From: Candidatus Bathyarchaeota archaeon
Lineage (GTDB): Archaea > Thermoproteota > Bathyarchaeia > Bathyarchaeales > Bathycorpusculaceae
NCBI GenBank assembly: GCA_963717465.1
Contig: OY970340.1
Coordinates: 1,440,001 to 1,504,000 of the forward strand
Length of the DNA: 64,000 nucleotides
Direction of reading: 5' to 3'
Shown: positions 22,084-32,993 of the stretch, piece by piece
Layout of the letters: every line of letters starts with the position of its first letter
Numbering within the stretch: the first letter of the stretch is position 1
Made by a program: the position numbers and the translations under genes
The notes under the pieces: generated by a model
Told to the model about the DNA's origin: nothing
Database searches by the model: none
The model's input: only the letters and a program-made list of their open reading frames with translations

Positions 22084-22800
22084 TTGAAGCTTATGAAAAA
22101 AAGGCTTTTTCAAAGAAGCGCTCAGGAAATCCTGTTTTTTGGGCCAGACGGTTCTGGGAAAACTACGCTAGCACGAGCATTGGCTGAAATCCATAAGAAT
22201 ATGAATTCTCACGTCAAGGTTTCCTGGATGAGAGGAACCCACACTTTTGCTTCCTTCATTGCATCTTTTCTTTCCAAACTTCAGGCGTTTCAAGGGCCAG
22301 ACAATCCGTATTATAGAATCAGAATTCCATCTTCTATGAGACAATTCTGGCAGACTCTAGAATTCTTTGCGGCTATTCCTGTAATACTGATCAGGTTCGT
22401 AATCCCTAATTCTTTTGGTTTCTGCGTAATAGGCGAAAGATGCTTCCTAGATTTCATAGTTTGGGTTGCAATTGTTACGCGGGACGAATCCTACTTAAAT
22501 AGCCTCCCTTCTGGTTTCCTTCAAAGCCTAGCTCTAAAAAGTCAGGCGAGAGTCTATATCACAGCCGATCTTAACACGCTTCTTAAGCGTAGAACTGATG
22601 TCTCAACTGAAATACTGAGCCAACAGCAGAGGCTCTACAAAACATTATCCAGCACAGTTGGCGCTTACACTCTTGATACTACTGGAAGAAGTGCTCAAGA
22701 ATCGTTAGAAATACTTATGCTGATGCTTAATCTAAACTCTTCCATTTGTCTACCAAAGTTGAGTTCTAATGAAAGACGGTCCGTTTCTTTAAGAGGCTAA
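22084..22800 (+). CDS. Thymidylate-kinase-like P-loop protein
   Basis: FGPDGSGKTT Walker A, IGERC (DR-like motif), LLKRR, LDTT. Confidence 0.75.
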   Translation: MKLMKKRLFQRSAQEILFFGPDGSGKTTLARALAEIHKNMNSHVKVSWMRGTHTFASFIASFLSKLQAFQGPDNPYYRIRIPSSMRQFWQTLEFFAAIPVILIRFVIPNSFGFCVIGERCFLDFIVWVAIVTRDESYLNSLPSGFLQSLALKSQARVYITADLNTLLKRRTDVSTEILSQQQRLYKTLSSTVGAYTLDTTGRSAQESLEILMLMLNLNSSICLPKLSSNERRSVSLRG

Positions 22801-22803
22801 TAA

Positions 22804-23991
22804 ATGAGTTCTATTCTTGTTTTGCTCGAAAAGAAACCATTTGGTGGGGCGGAGCGGGCTACCAGTTTAATACTCGAGTTGCTAGCGAATGAAGGATTTA
22901 ATATAACGGTTGTAACAGGAACAAGAGATATTGAGAACTTAAAGAATGTCAAATGGGTTTATTCTCCATTATTGGATGTAAAATCTAAAGTCCATTTATG
23001 GATGAACTTACTTACGCAAAATACTGATCAAATAGAGAATCTAGTAAAAAGAAACGATATAGTATACATTCCTAGGCTGGCATACCCGATTATACCGTTT
23101 GCTAAAAAATCAGGTAAAAAAGTCGTTGTGCATTTGCATGACTACCAGTCCATGTCGTATTCCGCTGCAGTATTTCCAGACTTACATACAAAGCAAAGCT
23201 TGCTTGGCGACATGAAATTAAGCTCGCAACGCGAACTTTTAGACGGCAAAGTTTCCAGTGCAATTCTATGCTCATTACTTTCTCCTTTGAACAGGTTCTG
23301 TGAATCATGGTTAAGTAAAGCAGATGAATTGATCTGCGTATCAAACAAGCAACGGGAAATTATGGAACCAGCTATGACAAACTTGGCCGGTAAGTTACGA
23401 GTTGTTTACAATCCTATTCCCGGAATTGAGGTGGCTGAAAAAAATCTTGGGCAGCCAGCTTTCATATATGTCGGGGGAGACAAACGCATAAAAGGTTTTC
23501 CATTTTTTTTGGATGCTTCTCAAAAGGTTCTAAATCAGGGCTTTAAGGTTAATTTTTTGCTTACAGGACATTACATGAATAATACTCAGCTACTTATAAC
23601 GAAATTAAACAGAAAATTTAGCGGTCTTTACACTTATTTAGGGTTTATTAGCCATAAAGAAGTATTAAGATTAAACTCGCTCAGTAGCGCTCTAATTTTC
23701 CCATCTATACTCGAAGAACCCCTGCCTTATGCCGTAGTGGAGTCCATGATAGGCGGAACAATACCGATAGCGTCCAGTGTGGGAGGCGTGCCTGAAATTG
23801 TTAGAGGCACCTATGCTGAAAACATGCTTTGCACACCTAACGATTCCGAAGAAATTGTTGACCGCATAAGAAGTGTTTTGTCCTTATCTCGCGAACAATT
23901 AGGTGACATCTCCGTAAAATTAAGAGAAAGTACTTTACAGCGTTTCGACAATGAGCAAATCAAGCGGCAACTACTAAATATCTTCAATTAA
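22804..23991 (+). CDS. GT4 glycosyltransferase
   Basis: GGAE, IKG, EEPLPYAVVES, VGGVPE. Confidence 0.9.
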   Translation: MSSILVLLEKKPFGGAERATSLILELLANEGFNITVVTGTRDIENLKNVKWVYSPLLDVKSKVHLWMNLLTQNTDQIENLVKRNDIVYIPRLAYPIIPFAKKSGKKVVVHLHDYQSMSYSAAVFPDLHTKQSLLGDMKLSSQRELLDGKVSSAILCSLLSPLNRFCESWLSKADELICVSNKQREIMEPAMTNLAGKLRVVYNPIPGIEVAEKNLGQPAFIYVGGDKRIKGFPFFLDASQKVLNQGFKVNFLLTGHYMNNTQLLITKLNRKFSGLYTYLGFISHKEVLRLNSLSSALIFPSILEEPLPYAVVESMIGGTIPIASSVGGVPEIVRGTYAENMLCTPNDSEEIVDRIRSVLSLSREQLGDISVKLRESTLQRFDNEQIKRQLLNIFN

Positions 23992-24080
23992 CTCAACTTA
24001 AGGAAACGTGCAAATTAACGTACAAAAATACTGAGCTAAATTCTATAAGCATTTTTGTAACTGAAGAAGACAAAATTGCT

Positions 24081-25040
24081 GTGCTAACAAAAAGGCCTGG
24101 CAAAGTAGCCTTCTTACAGCTTAATAGGCAGTTGGATCTCGTCGAAGAAATAGCCAGTTTCAAAGGTTTAGGAGGATCAATACTTTATGCTGGAAACGGC
24201 AATTTTCTAGTTAGTGTAGACGATCAGTTGCTATTTATCAATCATGGATATCCTAACGTTGTGTTAAAGGCGCCACGACCTGAAAATGTCTTTTGGCATT
24301 TTGCCGAGGGTCACGGTAAACTGTTCGTGCAAGAGTATGGCAAAAGCCCAACAGGTATCTATCAATCTGACGATTTTGAACACTGGGAAAAATTGATTGC
24401 CAATACTGAGCTTGATAAGTTCTCTAAGCACTTTCATTATGTTGCTTACGATAAATTTAGAGATTGGCTTATAGTTACATTGGGTGACGGCTGCAACACA
24501 CGAGCATCAGTATCAACGGACTTAGGCAAATCATGGAGACCACTTTACAAAGGTCCATGGCAATTTGTCCCAATTGAGGTATTACCAAATAAATTAGTGT
24601 TTGGCATGGATAGCGGAATCACACAGGGCGGAGTAGGCATCTATCGTCCAGATAGTTCTGAATGGGACTTCATTTTTCTGAAATATTGTTTCAAAAGTAA
24701 AAATTTAGCTCAAATGTGCGACTTGAAATTCTTAGATAATGGTTATTGGATGGCAGGGCTTGGTTGTACTCAAATTATTGTTTCCAAAGATCTTTTCGAT
24801 TGGTATGCAGTTTATGCGGATGAGTTTACCAAATGCTTCAATCGACAAGTGTCAGTGATTGAAGGTAAGGATTTCGTCATATGTTCTGGTGGAAAAACCC
24901 TTCTGTTGGTGGAAAAGAATGAACTTCCGAAATTCATTGCAGAAGCGCAATGTTTCATATCTAGCTGCAAAACATACTCAAATAGGTTCAAAGGCTTAGG
25001 CTTCAATTTGAAACAGCAAATCAAACAATTAATAAGATAA
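24081..25040 (+). CDS. BNR/Asp-box beta-propeller protein
   Basis: SDDFEHW, STDLGKSW and SKDLFDW Asp-box-like motifs, KHFH, LGD. Frame is open upstream, so the start is uncertain. Confidence 0.7.
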   Translation: MLTKRPGKVAFLQLNRQLDLVEEIASFKGLGGSILYAGNGNFLVSVDDQLLFINHGYPNVVLKAPRPENVFWHFAEGHGKLFVQEYGKSPTGIYQSDDFEHWEKLIANTELDKFSKHFHYVAYDKFRDWLIVTLGDGCNTRASVSTDLGKSWRPLYKGPWQFVPIEVLPNKLVFGMDSGITQGGVGIYRPDSSEWDFIFLKYCFKSKNLAQMCDLKFLDNGYWMAGLGCTQIIVSKDLFDWYAVYADEFTKCFNRQVSVIEGKDFVICSGGKTLLLVEKNELPKFIAEAQCFISSCKTYSNRFKGLGFNLKQQIKQLIR

Positions 25041-25174
25041 CTTTCTGACGCGTGAAATCTGATTATAAAGAAAATATTGATGTTGAAACGCTTGAAAGTA
25101 TTTCAAGTAAGCCAATTATGAAATTTAACTTTCTAAAATAATTATTCAAGAAGAAAAAATAAGGAGAAATAAGC

Positions 25175-26284
25175 ATGCGAATATGTTTTGTTGTACCTGA
25201 GCTTTTTGCATTTAATAGGTTTGGCGGATATGGAAATTTTGTTCGTATTGTTGCAAGAGAACTTCAGAAGAGAAACATTGAAGTTTGTGCAGTAATTTGG
25301 CGAGATCCAGGTCAAAGATCTTTGGAAAATGTTGAAGGAATACTGACACTAAGTTATCCTTATAATTTTCTTAATGGAAGTGCATTATCACATGTCCTTT
25401 CATATAGGAAAGCACGGGAACTCTACCGCATAGCAGACGCAGACGTCTACCACAGCGTGGAAGCTTCTATCGATTCTTACATAGCTACAAAAGAAATGCC
25501 TGATAAGAAACATTTGATTCACTTCCAAGACCCATACGAGCCAGAAGACTATGTTCTGATGTCAAAGGTAGATAAATCCTTCAATTTTACTTTTACAAAA
25601 AAAGCTGTATTCCAGGCAAACAAGTACATCGTGAAAAAGGCTTGCAAAAGAGCTGAATTGTTTACTCAAGCAAAATACTTTGTTCCTAGGGTTAAAAAGC
25701 TGTACAGTATAACGAAGGAAATCAAGTTCCTGCCAAACCCTATTTCTATCCCTGACAAGTGCATAGCTAAGGACAGTGAACCAACAGTGTGCTTTTTAGG
25801 ACGATGGGACCCACAAAAGAGGGTAGAAATGTTTCTTAATCTGGCAAAAGAGTTTCCTCAAGTTCATTTCATAGCACTCGGAAGAAGTCACAACAAAACA
25901 TATGATCTGCAGGTTAGAGAGAAATACAAGAATGTGAAAAATCTAAGTATGCCAGGTTTTGTAACCGAAGAAACGAAATCAGATATTCTGGGGCGAAGCT
26001 GGATTTTGGTAAGTACAAGTATACGTGAGGGTCTACCGATAGCTTTTCTTGAAGCCTTAACTCAGAAAACAGCGATACTGAGTTCAGTTAATCCTGATAA
26101 TTTAGCTAGTAGTTACGGCTTACACGTGACCGATGATGATTTCAAAATAGGATTGAAAAAACTGATCAACAATAGGCTCTGGGCAGCAAAGGGTGAGGAA
26201 GGATACAAGTATGTTTGTGAAGTGCACGACATTAATAAGGTTATCAACCAGTATGTAGAAACATACAAGGAGCTTTGCTCCTAA
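25175..26284 (+). CDS. GT4 glycosyltransferase
   Basis: FGGYG, GRWDPQKR, REGLPIAFLEA; AAGGAG RBS. Confidence 0.9.
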   Translation: MRICFVVPELFAFNRFGGYGNFVRIVARELQKRNIEVCAVIWRDPGQRSLENVEGILTLSYPYNFLNGSALSHVLSYRKARELYRIADADVYHSVEASIDSYIATKEMPDKKHLIHFQDPYEPEDYVLMSKVDKSFNFTFTKKAVFQANKYIVKKACKRAELFTQAKYFVPRVKKLYSITKEIKFLPNPISIPDKCIAKDSEPTVCFLGRWDPQKRVEMFLNLAKEFPQVHFIALGRSHNKTYDLQVREKYKNVKNLSMPGFVTEETKSDILGRSWILVSTSIREGLPIAFLEALTQKTAILSSVNPDNLASSYGLHVTDDDFKIGLKKLINNRLWAAKGEEGYKYVCEVHDINKVINQYVETYKELCS

Positions 26285-26466
26285 GCAGGCGCAGGATGTG
26301 GGGATGTTTTGAAGTTTGCCTCTATAAGTCTTGCCCTTATTTTCCGTTTATTATTGAAGGGACCTTGATGGATAAGGCTGTTTTGCAAATTAAGAAAGAT
26401 ATTAAATTGTCAGCACTTTACGTGATTTCTGTAAAGCATCCACAAAATTGGGTTAGGCGCATATAG

Positions 26467-27180
26467 ATGATGAAACGGTCATTTTTTCGAGAGTACACAG
26501 AGAGGAATACCCAATGGCACCTAAGACCTTTCTGTGATGCAATCCTTGATTTACATATTATGCCTGAAAATAAAAAGGGAATAAGAATTCTCGACATAGG
26601 TTGCGCTAAAGGCTTTATGGTGAGAATGCTGAGAGAATATGGAGTAGAAGCATATGGCGTTGATGTTTCTGAATATGCGATCAATAATGTACCATCTGAC
26701 ATTAGATTATACTTGCGTGTTGCAAATGTGGAAAACGGTACGTTGCCATTTCAAGATGGATTCTTCGACTTTGTAGTCTCCATGTCAACATTTGAGCATC
26801 TGCGTTTGGAACAGATGAGCCTCACTTTGAAGGAAATTCAGAGGATTCTTAAGCCTGACGGCATGGTCATAATGAACGTGCCTAGTCCATCTAACAGGAA
26901 AGAAGCCAAAAAGCCTGAACATATAACGCTTCTTAAGAAGAATGACTGGATCTTGTTATTTGAGAAATCTGGATTCAACTTTGATTCAAGATTATCCAAA
27001 CTTTTCGACACATTCAGAATCAAAGAGATCGCAAAGCTGTATGTTTCTTCAGGACACGCTTTTTCATTCATGGGCTATCAGTTTTTCCTTCCGAGATGCA
27101 CACGAAGTGTCGCTGCTATCTTGATGATGTTTAGACGAAAATTGATTGCTCCAAACTTTTCACTGATATTTACATCTTGA
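26467..27180 (+). CDS. Class I SAM methyltransferase
   Basis: LDIGCAKG, GVDVS, FDFV..FEH, RILKPDG. Confidence 0.9.
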   Translation: MMKRSFFREYTERNTQWHLRPFCDAILDLHIMPENKKGIRILDIGCAKGFMVRMLREYGVEAYGVDVSEYAINNVPSDIRLYLRVANVENGTLPFQDGFFDFVVSMSTFEHLRLEQMSLTLKEIQRILKPDGMVIMNVPSPSNRKEAKKPEHITLLKKNDWILLFEKSGFNFDSRLSKLFDTFRIKEIAKLYVSSGHAFSFMGYQFFLPRCTRSVAAILMMFRRKLIAPNFSLIFTS

Positions 27181-27342
27181 AAGCTAAAAAGTTCAACAAG
27201 TAAGAAATGAGCAAGAATCTTGTTTGCACCAGCTGAAAGAGTCCTTTCAGGTGTTCAAAGGTTTCAAAAATAAGTTATCAAGTTTAGAAAAAAGTGAAAG
27301 AGATGCTGATTTCACGTCTGCCAAATTAGATGTGACTGATTT

Positions 27343-28059
27343 TTGAAGCAAGCGGTAATCTGCTTTCGTAAGCATATTCAGGTTGTTTTCTTAGGTCCAG
27401 TGGGAGTTGGAAAATCAACGCAGATTTCACTGCTCTACAGCTACTTTAAGCGTAACAATGTTTCAGTTAGCAGGCGCTTTATCAAGTCTTTCTATCCCTC
27501 CATGCTAAGAACAATTGCTCAGCTTGGCCACAAAACGTTTGAGAAAAAAGATGGTCGTTTAGTAGTTGCTCTAAATCCCTCAGTAGCTAAACGCATCATA
27601 AAAGGAGTTTTGATAATTGATATTGCAACTGTGATCACTGCTTACTTGATGATAATCAAGTTGCCCTTGTATTTTAAACAAGTAGTTTTAGTCGAGGAAG
27701 GTTTACTAGGCACAATTACTGAATACATGGATGCAGCTTGGAAAAGCCTTGTAGACATGAAGTTTGCGCTCAGATTAGTTCAGCTTCTCTTCTTAATTAT
27801 TAATAAAGATAAACCCTTAGTCATAATTCTGGTTACAAAAAAGGAAACACTTACGGAAAGATGGCTTAAGAGAAAATCGCCGTTTGAAACTGATCAATAC
27901 CTTGAATCCCAACATCGTGTCATTCACTCCATAGTCAAATTTCAAGAAAAAAAGATTGTCATTTACGATGATGAAAATACAATCTCAGAGATTCATAACA
28001 CGATTGTTGATCAAATGCAGAAGCATATTTTGGATTCTGGACGAACTGCAATTATTTAG
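27343..28059 (+). CDS. Second thymidylate-kinase-like P-loop protein
   Basis: LGPVGVGKST Walker A, internal hydrophobic helix, ERWLKR..E lid-like region. Confidence 0.7.
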   Translation: MKQAVICFRKHIQVVFLGPVGVGKSTQISLLYSYFKRNNVSVSRRFIKSFYPSMLRTIAQLGHKTFEKKDGRLVVALNPSVAKRIIKGVLIIDIATVITAYLMIIKLPLYFKQVVLVEEGLLGTITEYMDAAWKSLVDMKFALRLVQLLFLIINKDKPLVIILVTKKETLTERWLKRKSPFETDQYLESQHRVIHSIVKFQEKKIVIYDDENTISEIHNTIVDQMQKHILDSGRTAII

Positions 28060-28172
28060 GAAAGAAATGAAAAAAATTTACATCAACGATTATGTAGCTA
28101 TAGTGGAAATTTCGGCAGCACAGTCATCTTTGCAAGCGTTAGCTGCTAAAGCAAATGTGGAAAGGTGGATGC

Positions 28173-29303
28173 ATGCAAGTTTTGGCTTTTAAAATGCTTT
28201 TCCGAAAAAAAGGGACTGCGTCGGCCATTCTTGCAATTGCACTTCTCATTGCCTTGTTAGCAGCAGTGAATTCATTGCTTAATAATATTAATGCGCAAAC
28301 GACCCTGCTTAGTACGTTATCAAGAGTTGGGGAAACATTCATAATAATTAGTAAAAACTCGACTTCTTTATCTGGCAGTCAAATTAGTCCTGACTTAATC
28401 AATCAGATCCGTAATAATTCAAACGTTGAATATGCAACCTGCCAACAACTTCTTCAAGGAACTTTGACGTCAAAAAATGAGAATTATACAGTTAACGTGC
28501 TGGGAGTAGACAATTTATCAGCTTTCTTAAGTAACAGGCAAGCGCACTTAAACGGGTCAATCAGCTATGCCGGCTCTGAGACCGATATCGGAGTGATTCT
28601 TTCACAGCTTGCCCAAGTAAACCTTAACGATTCAGTCTTCTTGACAGTTGACAATGAATCAGTTCAGCTTAAAGTAGTCGGCATTGTTCAAACCTCACAG
28701 CAGAGCGATACTGAACTGATTATGCCTCTGGCAACACTTCAGACTCTTAGCAAGCAAAATTCCTCTGTTTCCTTCATAGAATTTACCCTCAAAAGCTCTG
28801 GCACATCAGGCAAAGCGCTAAGCAGCGTCACGCAGACACTGCCAAACAGCGTAAAGGTAACAAATACTCAACAAGCAGCCACTTTTGCCCAGGATCTTAA
28901 TAATCAAGCGGTAAATTTCATAAATGTATGGTCAATTGTCGTTTACGCAGTGGTGATTGCTGCCTCTTTTGTTATGGCAACCCGCATAATTAATGAGTCA
29001 AATTATGATCTCTATACGCTTATAGCTCTTGGCGTAAAAAAGAACTCCACTGTAGGCCTAATTGTAGCGTACACGTTTACTTTGGCTTTTATCGGTACAA
29101 TAATCGGCTTAGCCGTAGGTACTGTTGGGACTCAAATCGCTGCTACAGTTTTGCGGTGGGTTTGGGATAGCTCTCAATTGGCCCCCTTTCTGCAGCCAGA
29201 GCAAGCGTTGCAGATTCTTGTAATAGCTTTAGTGTCATCAGTTTTTGGCAGCATTTACCCATCAATCAAAGCTGCCAGTCTTGCCTGGGAGGGTTCATCT
29301 TAA
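28173..29303 (+). CDS. FtsX/LolC-type ABC permease
   Basis: One TM + large extracellular domain + three TM; L.ALG motif. ATG at 28173 follows AGGTGG. Confidence 0.8.
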   Translation: MQVLAFKMLFRKKGTASAILAIALLIALLAAVNSLLNNINAQTTLLSTLSRVGETFIIISKNSTSLSGSQISPDLINQIRNNSNVEYATCQQLLQGTLTSKNENYTVNVLGVDNLSAFLSNRQAHLNGSISYAGSETDIGVILSQLAQVNLNDSVFLTVDNESVQLKVVGIVQTSQQSDTELIMPLATLQTLSKQNSSVSFIEFTLKSSGTSGKALSSVTQTLPNSVKVTNTQQAATFAQDLNNQAVNFINVWSIVVYAVVIAASFVMATRIINESNYDLYTLIALGVKKNSTVGLIVAYTFTLAFIGTIIGLAVGTVGTQIAATVLRWVWDSSQLAPFLQPEQALQILVIALVSSVFGSIYPSIKAASLAWEGSS

Positions 29304-30493
29304 GCTTAATCAGGTTTAGATATCTTCGAAGCAAGCATATTCTCATTTTAATTCTAATTTTGACCTTGACGTCAACGCTTTTTTTAGTAACCGCCTTTAG
29401 CTTTCTTGGGTTCTACGACGGTTTTACGGATTACGCTGGAGCAGGCAAAGATATTTTGGTAATTTACAGCGAAAGAGGCAGTACTCCATTCACCGGTATA
29501 GTGTCAATTGCGGTTCTCAACGATGTAGATTCTATCAAAGGTGTGATTGCTAGCAGTCCAGAAGTAATAGCAGCATGTACAATAAATGGTCAATCCCTCT
29601 TTGTTCGAGGTGTTATCCCCCAAGAACTCGCTCAACTGAATCCGTTGACAATGGTGGATGGGTGCAATTTGAACCTTAATGACACTGATTCTGTCATTGT
29701 AGGTCAAACATTAGCTCAGCGGTTAGATCTCAAAATTGGCAGTACAATCCTTGTGTTTGGCGTGTTATCACAAAAGTATTTAGAACTTAACGTTAAAGGC
29801 ATTTTTTATTCAGCAACATCATTAAATGATGAAGCTATAGTTCCATTATACGTTGGTCAATGGTTAAGAGGCTTATCTTACGACGAAGTCACGCTAATAC
29901 GAGCTAAAATAGACCCAAACCAAATCAGCCCCGACCAACTCTACAAATTAATTGCCAATATGACTCAGTCGACAACGCCTTCACCATCTGCCAGTCAAAA
30001 TAATAACGTACAACAAGAACTTCAAAATTTGCTTCCTATCACACCGAGTACCATTGGCATAGAAAACGTGAATGTTGAAGAATCCCAGCAATTTATGACC
30101 AGTTACCTTGATCACTACGGCGTCAGCGAAGACGCGCTTCTTATCTTAGCCATACTGGTTCTCATATTTGCCAGCGGAACAACCATATCAGCTACAACTT
30201 TATTCATTAAACAGCACTCGTCCGACATAGCAGTAATTCGATCCATTGGAACGTCGAGTAGAAAAATAAAATTCGACATAGCCTTAAAATTATCACTTTG
30301 CGCCCTAATAGCAACTGCATTAGGTACACTTGCCAGTGAAGCGTTCTTGGTGGTCTTCCAAAAAGTAGGCTTTTTAGAGGTTCTCTCTCATACCCTAACT
30401 TTCCAGCTTGACCCATCAATCATAGTTGCAAATCTTGCTCTCTTAAGCCTGATAATTTGCTTAAACATCGGACGTATGGAGCTAAAGCCATGA
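29300..30493 (+). CDS. Second FtsX/LolE-type ABC permease
   Basis: Same topology, IRSIG motif. Frame is open from 29300 (TTA after GGAGG, overlapping the upstream stop); first canonical start is 29360. Confidence 0.8.
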   Translation, partial: LSLIRFRYLRSKHILILILILTLTSTLFLVTAFSFLGFYDGFTDYAGAGKDILVIYSERGSTPFTGIVSIAVLNDVDSIKGVIASSPEVIAACTINGQSLFVRGVIPQELAQLNPLTMVDGCNLNLNDTDSVIVGQTLAQRLDLKIGSTILVFGVLSQKYLELNVKGIFYSATSLNDEAIVPLYVGQWLRGLSYDEVTLIRAKIDPNQISPDQLYKLIANMTQSTTPSPSASQNNNVQQELQNLLPITPSTIGIENVNVEESQQFMTSYLDHYGVSEDALLILAILVLIFASGTTISATTLFIKQHSSDIAVIRSIGTSSRKIKFDIALKLSLCALIATALGTLASEAFLVVFQKVGFLEVLSHTLTFQLDPSIIVANLALLSLIICLNIGRMELKP

Positions 30494-32100
30494 AAAGAAT
30501 GCTTTACATACTGATACCGTTGCTTATCGGTCTTGGACTTAGGCTGTACCCGACGCTTATAACTGGAATGCCCTTCTCAACAGATGGCTGGCCAATAATA
30601 AGAAATACGGAGCTTTTAATTGAAAACACGCCTGTGCCTCTAAACAGTCAAATCTTTGATGGCTACAACAATTTCATGCCCGCAAACAGCCTTTTCGCAG
30701 CGATACTATCGCAAGTTACCAATATCCCACCGATTCAAATTTTGGCTCTTGGTATGCCACTGGTTGGAGCATTATCAATTCCAGTGTTCTACGTTCTAGC
30801 ATTCAAAATTACTAAGGTTTCGTCGGTATCACTGATTGCATCAATCCTTCTGGCAACTGCTTTTCCATTAACTATGTTTGGAGCAGGAGTTACGAAGGAA
30901 ACGTTTGCCACACCAATTTATTTGTCGTTAATTTTAATTTTTCTGCTTAAGCATGATTGGAAGACCACTTTGTTGTTCTCCATTGTTTCACTTGCGCTTG
31001 TACTTTCCCATCAATTAACCACATTCTTGACATTAGGAATAATGGGAGTCTTGGCAATCGCCATGTACTTTTCCCGAGATACTAATACCCACATAAACTC
31101 AAACAAGTCAAATGTTATTTTTATAACAATCTTATCAATTATCGCAGGAATCTATTATGGGTTTTACGCTACGCCTGCCCTGACAATTACTATAGAACCA
31201 AGCAGTGTATTAGCAGTTGGCGCTTACATGGTCCTTACAGTTACAGGCGTCTTGTACTTTGTATATAAACCAATGAAGCCATCTTTAATGAGAACACTTC
31301 TAAAATACACATTAAGCATTCTTATCCCCGTAATGCTTCTATTCATATCAACACAAGTAGCCCTGCTACCCGGAAATCCGACGCTTCCATTTAGTTTTTT
31401 TCTATTCGCTTTACCTTTCTTAATTGAAGCTCCATTAATTATGTATGGCATACACGATTTACGCAAAGGCAATACTTCACCAATAATTCCGGTTTTTTGG
31501 CTAGCATCAGTACTTGGACTTGCATGCTTCGTAATTTTTGATAATCCTTTGGGTGGAGCAGGGCTGGTTTACAGGTTTCTAGATTTTATACTTCCACCAT
31601 TTGTCTTGCTTGCAGCTATGGCTTTGAGTAAAATTTATTCGATTAAGCCGTGCTCCTTCGCTCCTAAGACAACTGCTAAAATCTCTGCTATTATGCTAAT
31701 ACTCATTATAGCTTGTACAAGTGTATACACTTTATGTGCAGCTGTCTCTTTGCAAGAACCAGATCTTGGCTACTTCTGGCGTTACGAACCGACTGAATAC
31801 GTAGCGTCAGAGTGGATTATGCTTCACGGAAATAACCAAACCTTAACTGCTGATGTAAAAACCCAATATCTTTTGCACGGTTACTTCGGGGTTAATGTCG
31901 ATGTTTTATCTGGATTAAACTACTTAGATGGAAATGGTACAGAACCCAAAATTATTTACATTTACAAAGAAATGGAAACAGACGGGTACGTCTTGTACGC
32001 GGGAACATCAGTTGCTTTACCGGTGAACTGGACTAGTAAACTAGCCGATTACAACATTATTTACGTAAACAGTGGCGTTACAATTTATGCAGAAAGATAA
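30490..32100 (+). CDS. GT-C-like multi-pass membrane protein
   Basis: First-loop STDGW acidic motif, SHQLT, about 13 TM, YRF, soluble C-terminal domain (IYVN); ATGA overlap with the permease stop. Confidence 0.65.
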   Translation: MKRMLYILIPLLIGLGLRLYPTLITGMPFSTDGWPIIRNTELLIENTPVPLNSQIFDGYNNFMPANSLFAAILSQVTNIPPIQILALGMPLVGALSIPVFYVLAFKITKVSSVSLIASILLATAFPLTMFGAGVTKETFATPIYLSLILIFLLKHDWKTTLLFSIVSLALVLSHQLTTFLTLGIMGVLAIAMYFSRDTNTHINSNKSNVIFITILSIIAGIYYGFYATPALTITIEPSSVLAVGAYMVLTVTGVLYFVYKPMKPSLMRTLLKYTLSILIPVMLLFISTQVALLPGNPTLPFSFFLFALPFLIEAPLIMYGIHDLRKGNTSPIIPVFWLASVLGLACFVIFDNPLGGAGLVYRFLDFILPPFVLLAAMALSKIYSIKPCSFAPKTTAKISAIMLILIIACTSVYTLCAAVSLQEPDLGYFWRYEPTEYVASEWIMLHGNNQTLTADVKTQYLLHGYFGVNVDVLSGLNYLDGNGTEPKIIYIYKEMETDGYVLYAGTSVALPVNWTSKLADYNIIYVNSGVTIYAER

Positions 32101-32830
32101 TTGCATCATCGAGTTAACTGATATACGCATGGACTATGGGTCAACTGAAGTTTTAAGGGGTGTAAACTTAACCGTAAAGCAGGGGGATTTTATCTCAATT
32201 AGAGGGAAATCAGGTGCAGGTAAAACAAGCCTCTTCAAAATTATGGGTCTGTTGGAAGCGCCAAGCCAGGGCACAGTTAACATGTTTGGGCTAGACATAT
32301 CTAAATTGAATGATAACCAAAAAACAAGTCTTAGGCTGGTAAAAATCGGCCTTGTTTTTCAATTTTTTAATCTTTTGCCTTCCCTCACCGTTACGGAAAA
32401 TATCGAGTTGCCGATGGCATTGAACAAGATTGGAAAAACACAAAGGCAACAACGAGTAAGTGAACTTTTGAGTTTTTTTGCAATCTCGCAGCTTGCTAAA
32501 AGATATCCTGGCAACTTGAGCGGAGGAGAAAGGCAGCGTGTTGCAATACTTCGTGCATTAGCTAATTATCCTGTAATGCTTTTGGCTGATGAGCCGACAT
32601 CGAGCCTTGATGATGAAAATTCAGCCCTGCTTATCGATTTACTCCTCAAAATTAGCAAAGAGCAACGAGTTACGGTTATCTTGACTTCAACTGACTTGTA
32701 TGAAAACTTGCCAACAACACGAGACTATATGCTGAAAGAAGGGAAAATTTGGGTAATGCCTAAAAAAACCTCTCCGCCCAAGTTTTCAATTTTGAAAGGT
32801 CTTTATTCGCAGTTAGCGGATAATCAATAA
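32087..32830 (+). CDS. LolD/MacB-type ABC ATP-binding protein
   Basis: GKSGAGKT, VFQFFNL, LSGGERQR, LADEPT. Confidence 0.92.
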   Translation: MQKDNCIIELTDIRMDYGSTEVLRGVNLTVKQGDFISIRGKSGAGKTSLFKIMGLLEAPSQGTVNMFGLDISKLNDNQKTSLRLVKIGLVFQFFNLLPSLTVTENIELPMALNKIGKTQRQQRVSELLSFFAISQLAKRYPGNLSGGERQRVAILRALANYPVMLLADEPTSSLDDENSALLIDLLLKISKEQRVTVILTSTDLYENLPTTRDYMLKEGKIWVMPKKTSPPKFSILKGLYSQLADNQ

Positions 32831-32993
32831 CTCAAATTGAATCAATGAAACTTAAATTGAAAAAAGTTCAAAAAATAAAACCTCAAAGCATCCTGACTTT
32901 ATTGTAATTAATTCGTGGATTTTTAGAGAATTGTATCGGTGGCTATTTCCTAATCTATTCATAATCAACTATAAAATCAAGGGAGTAAAATAA

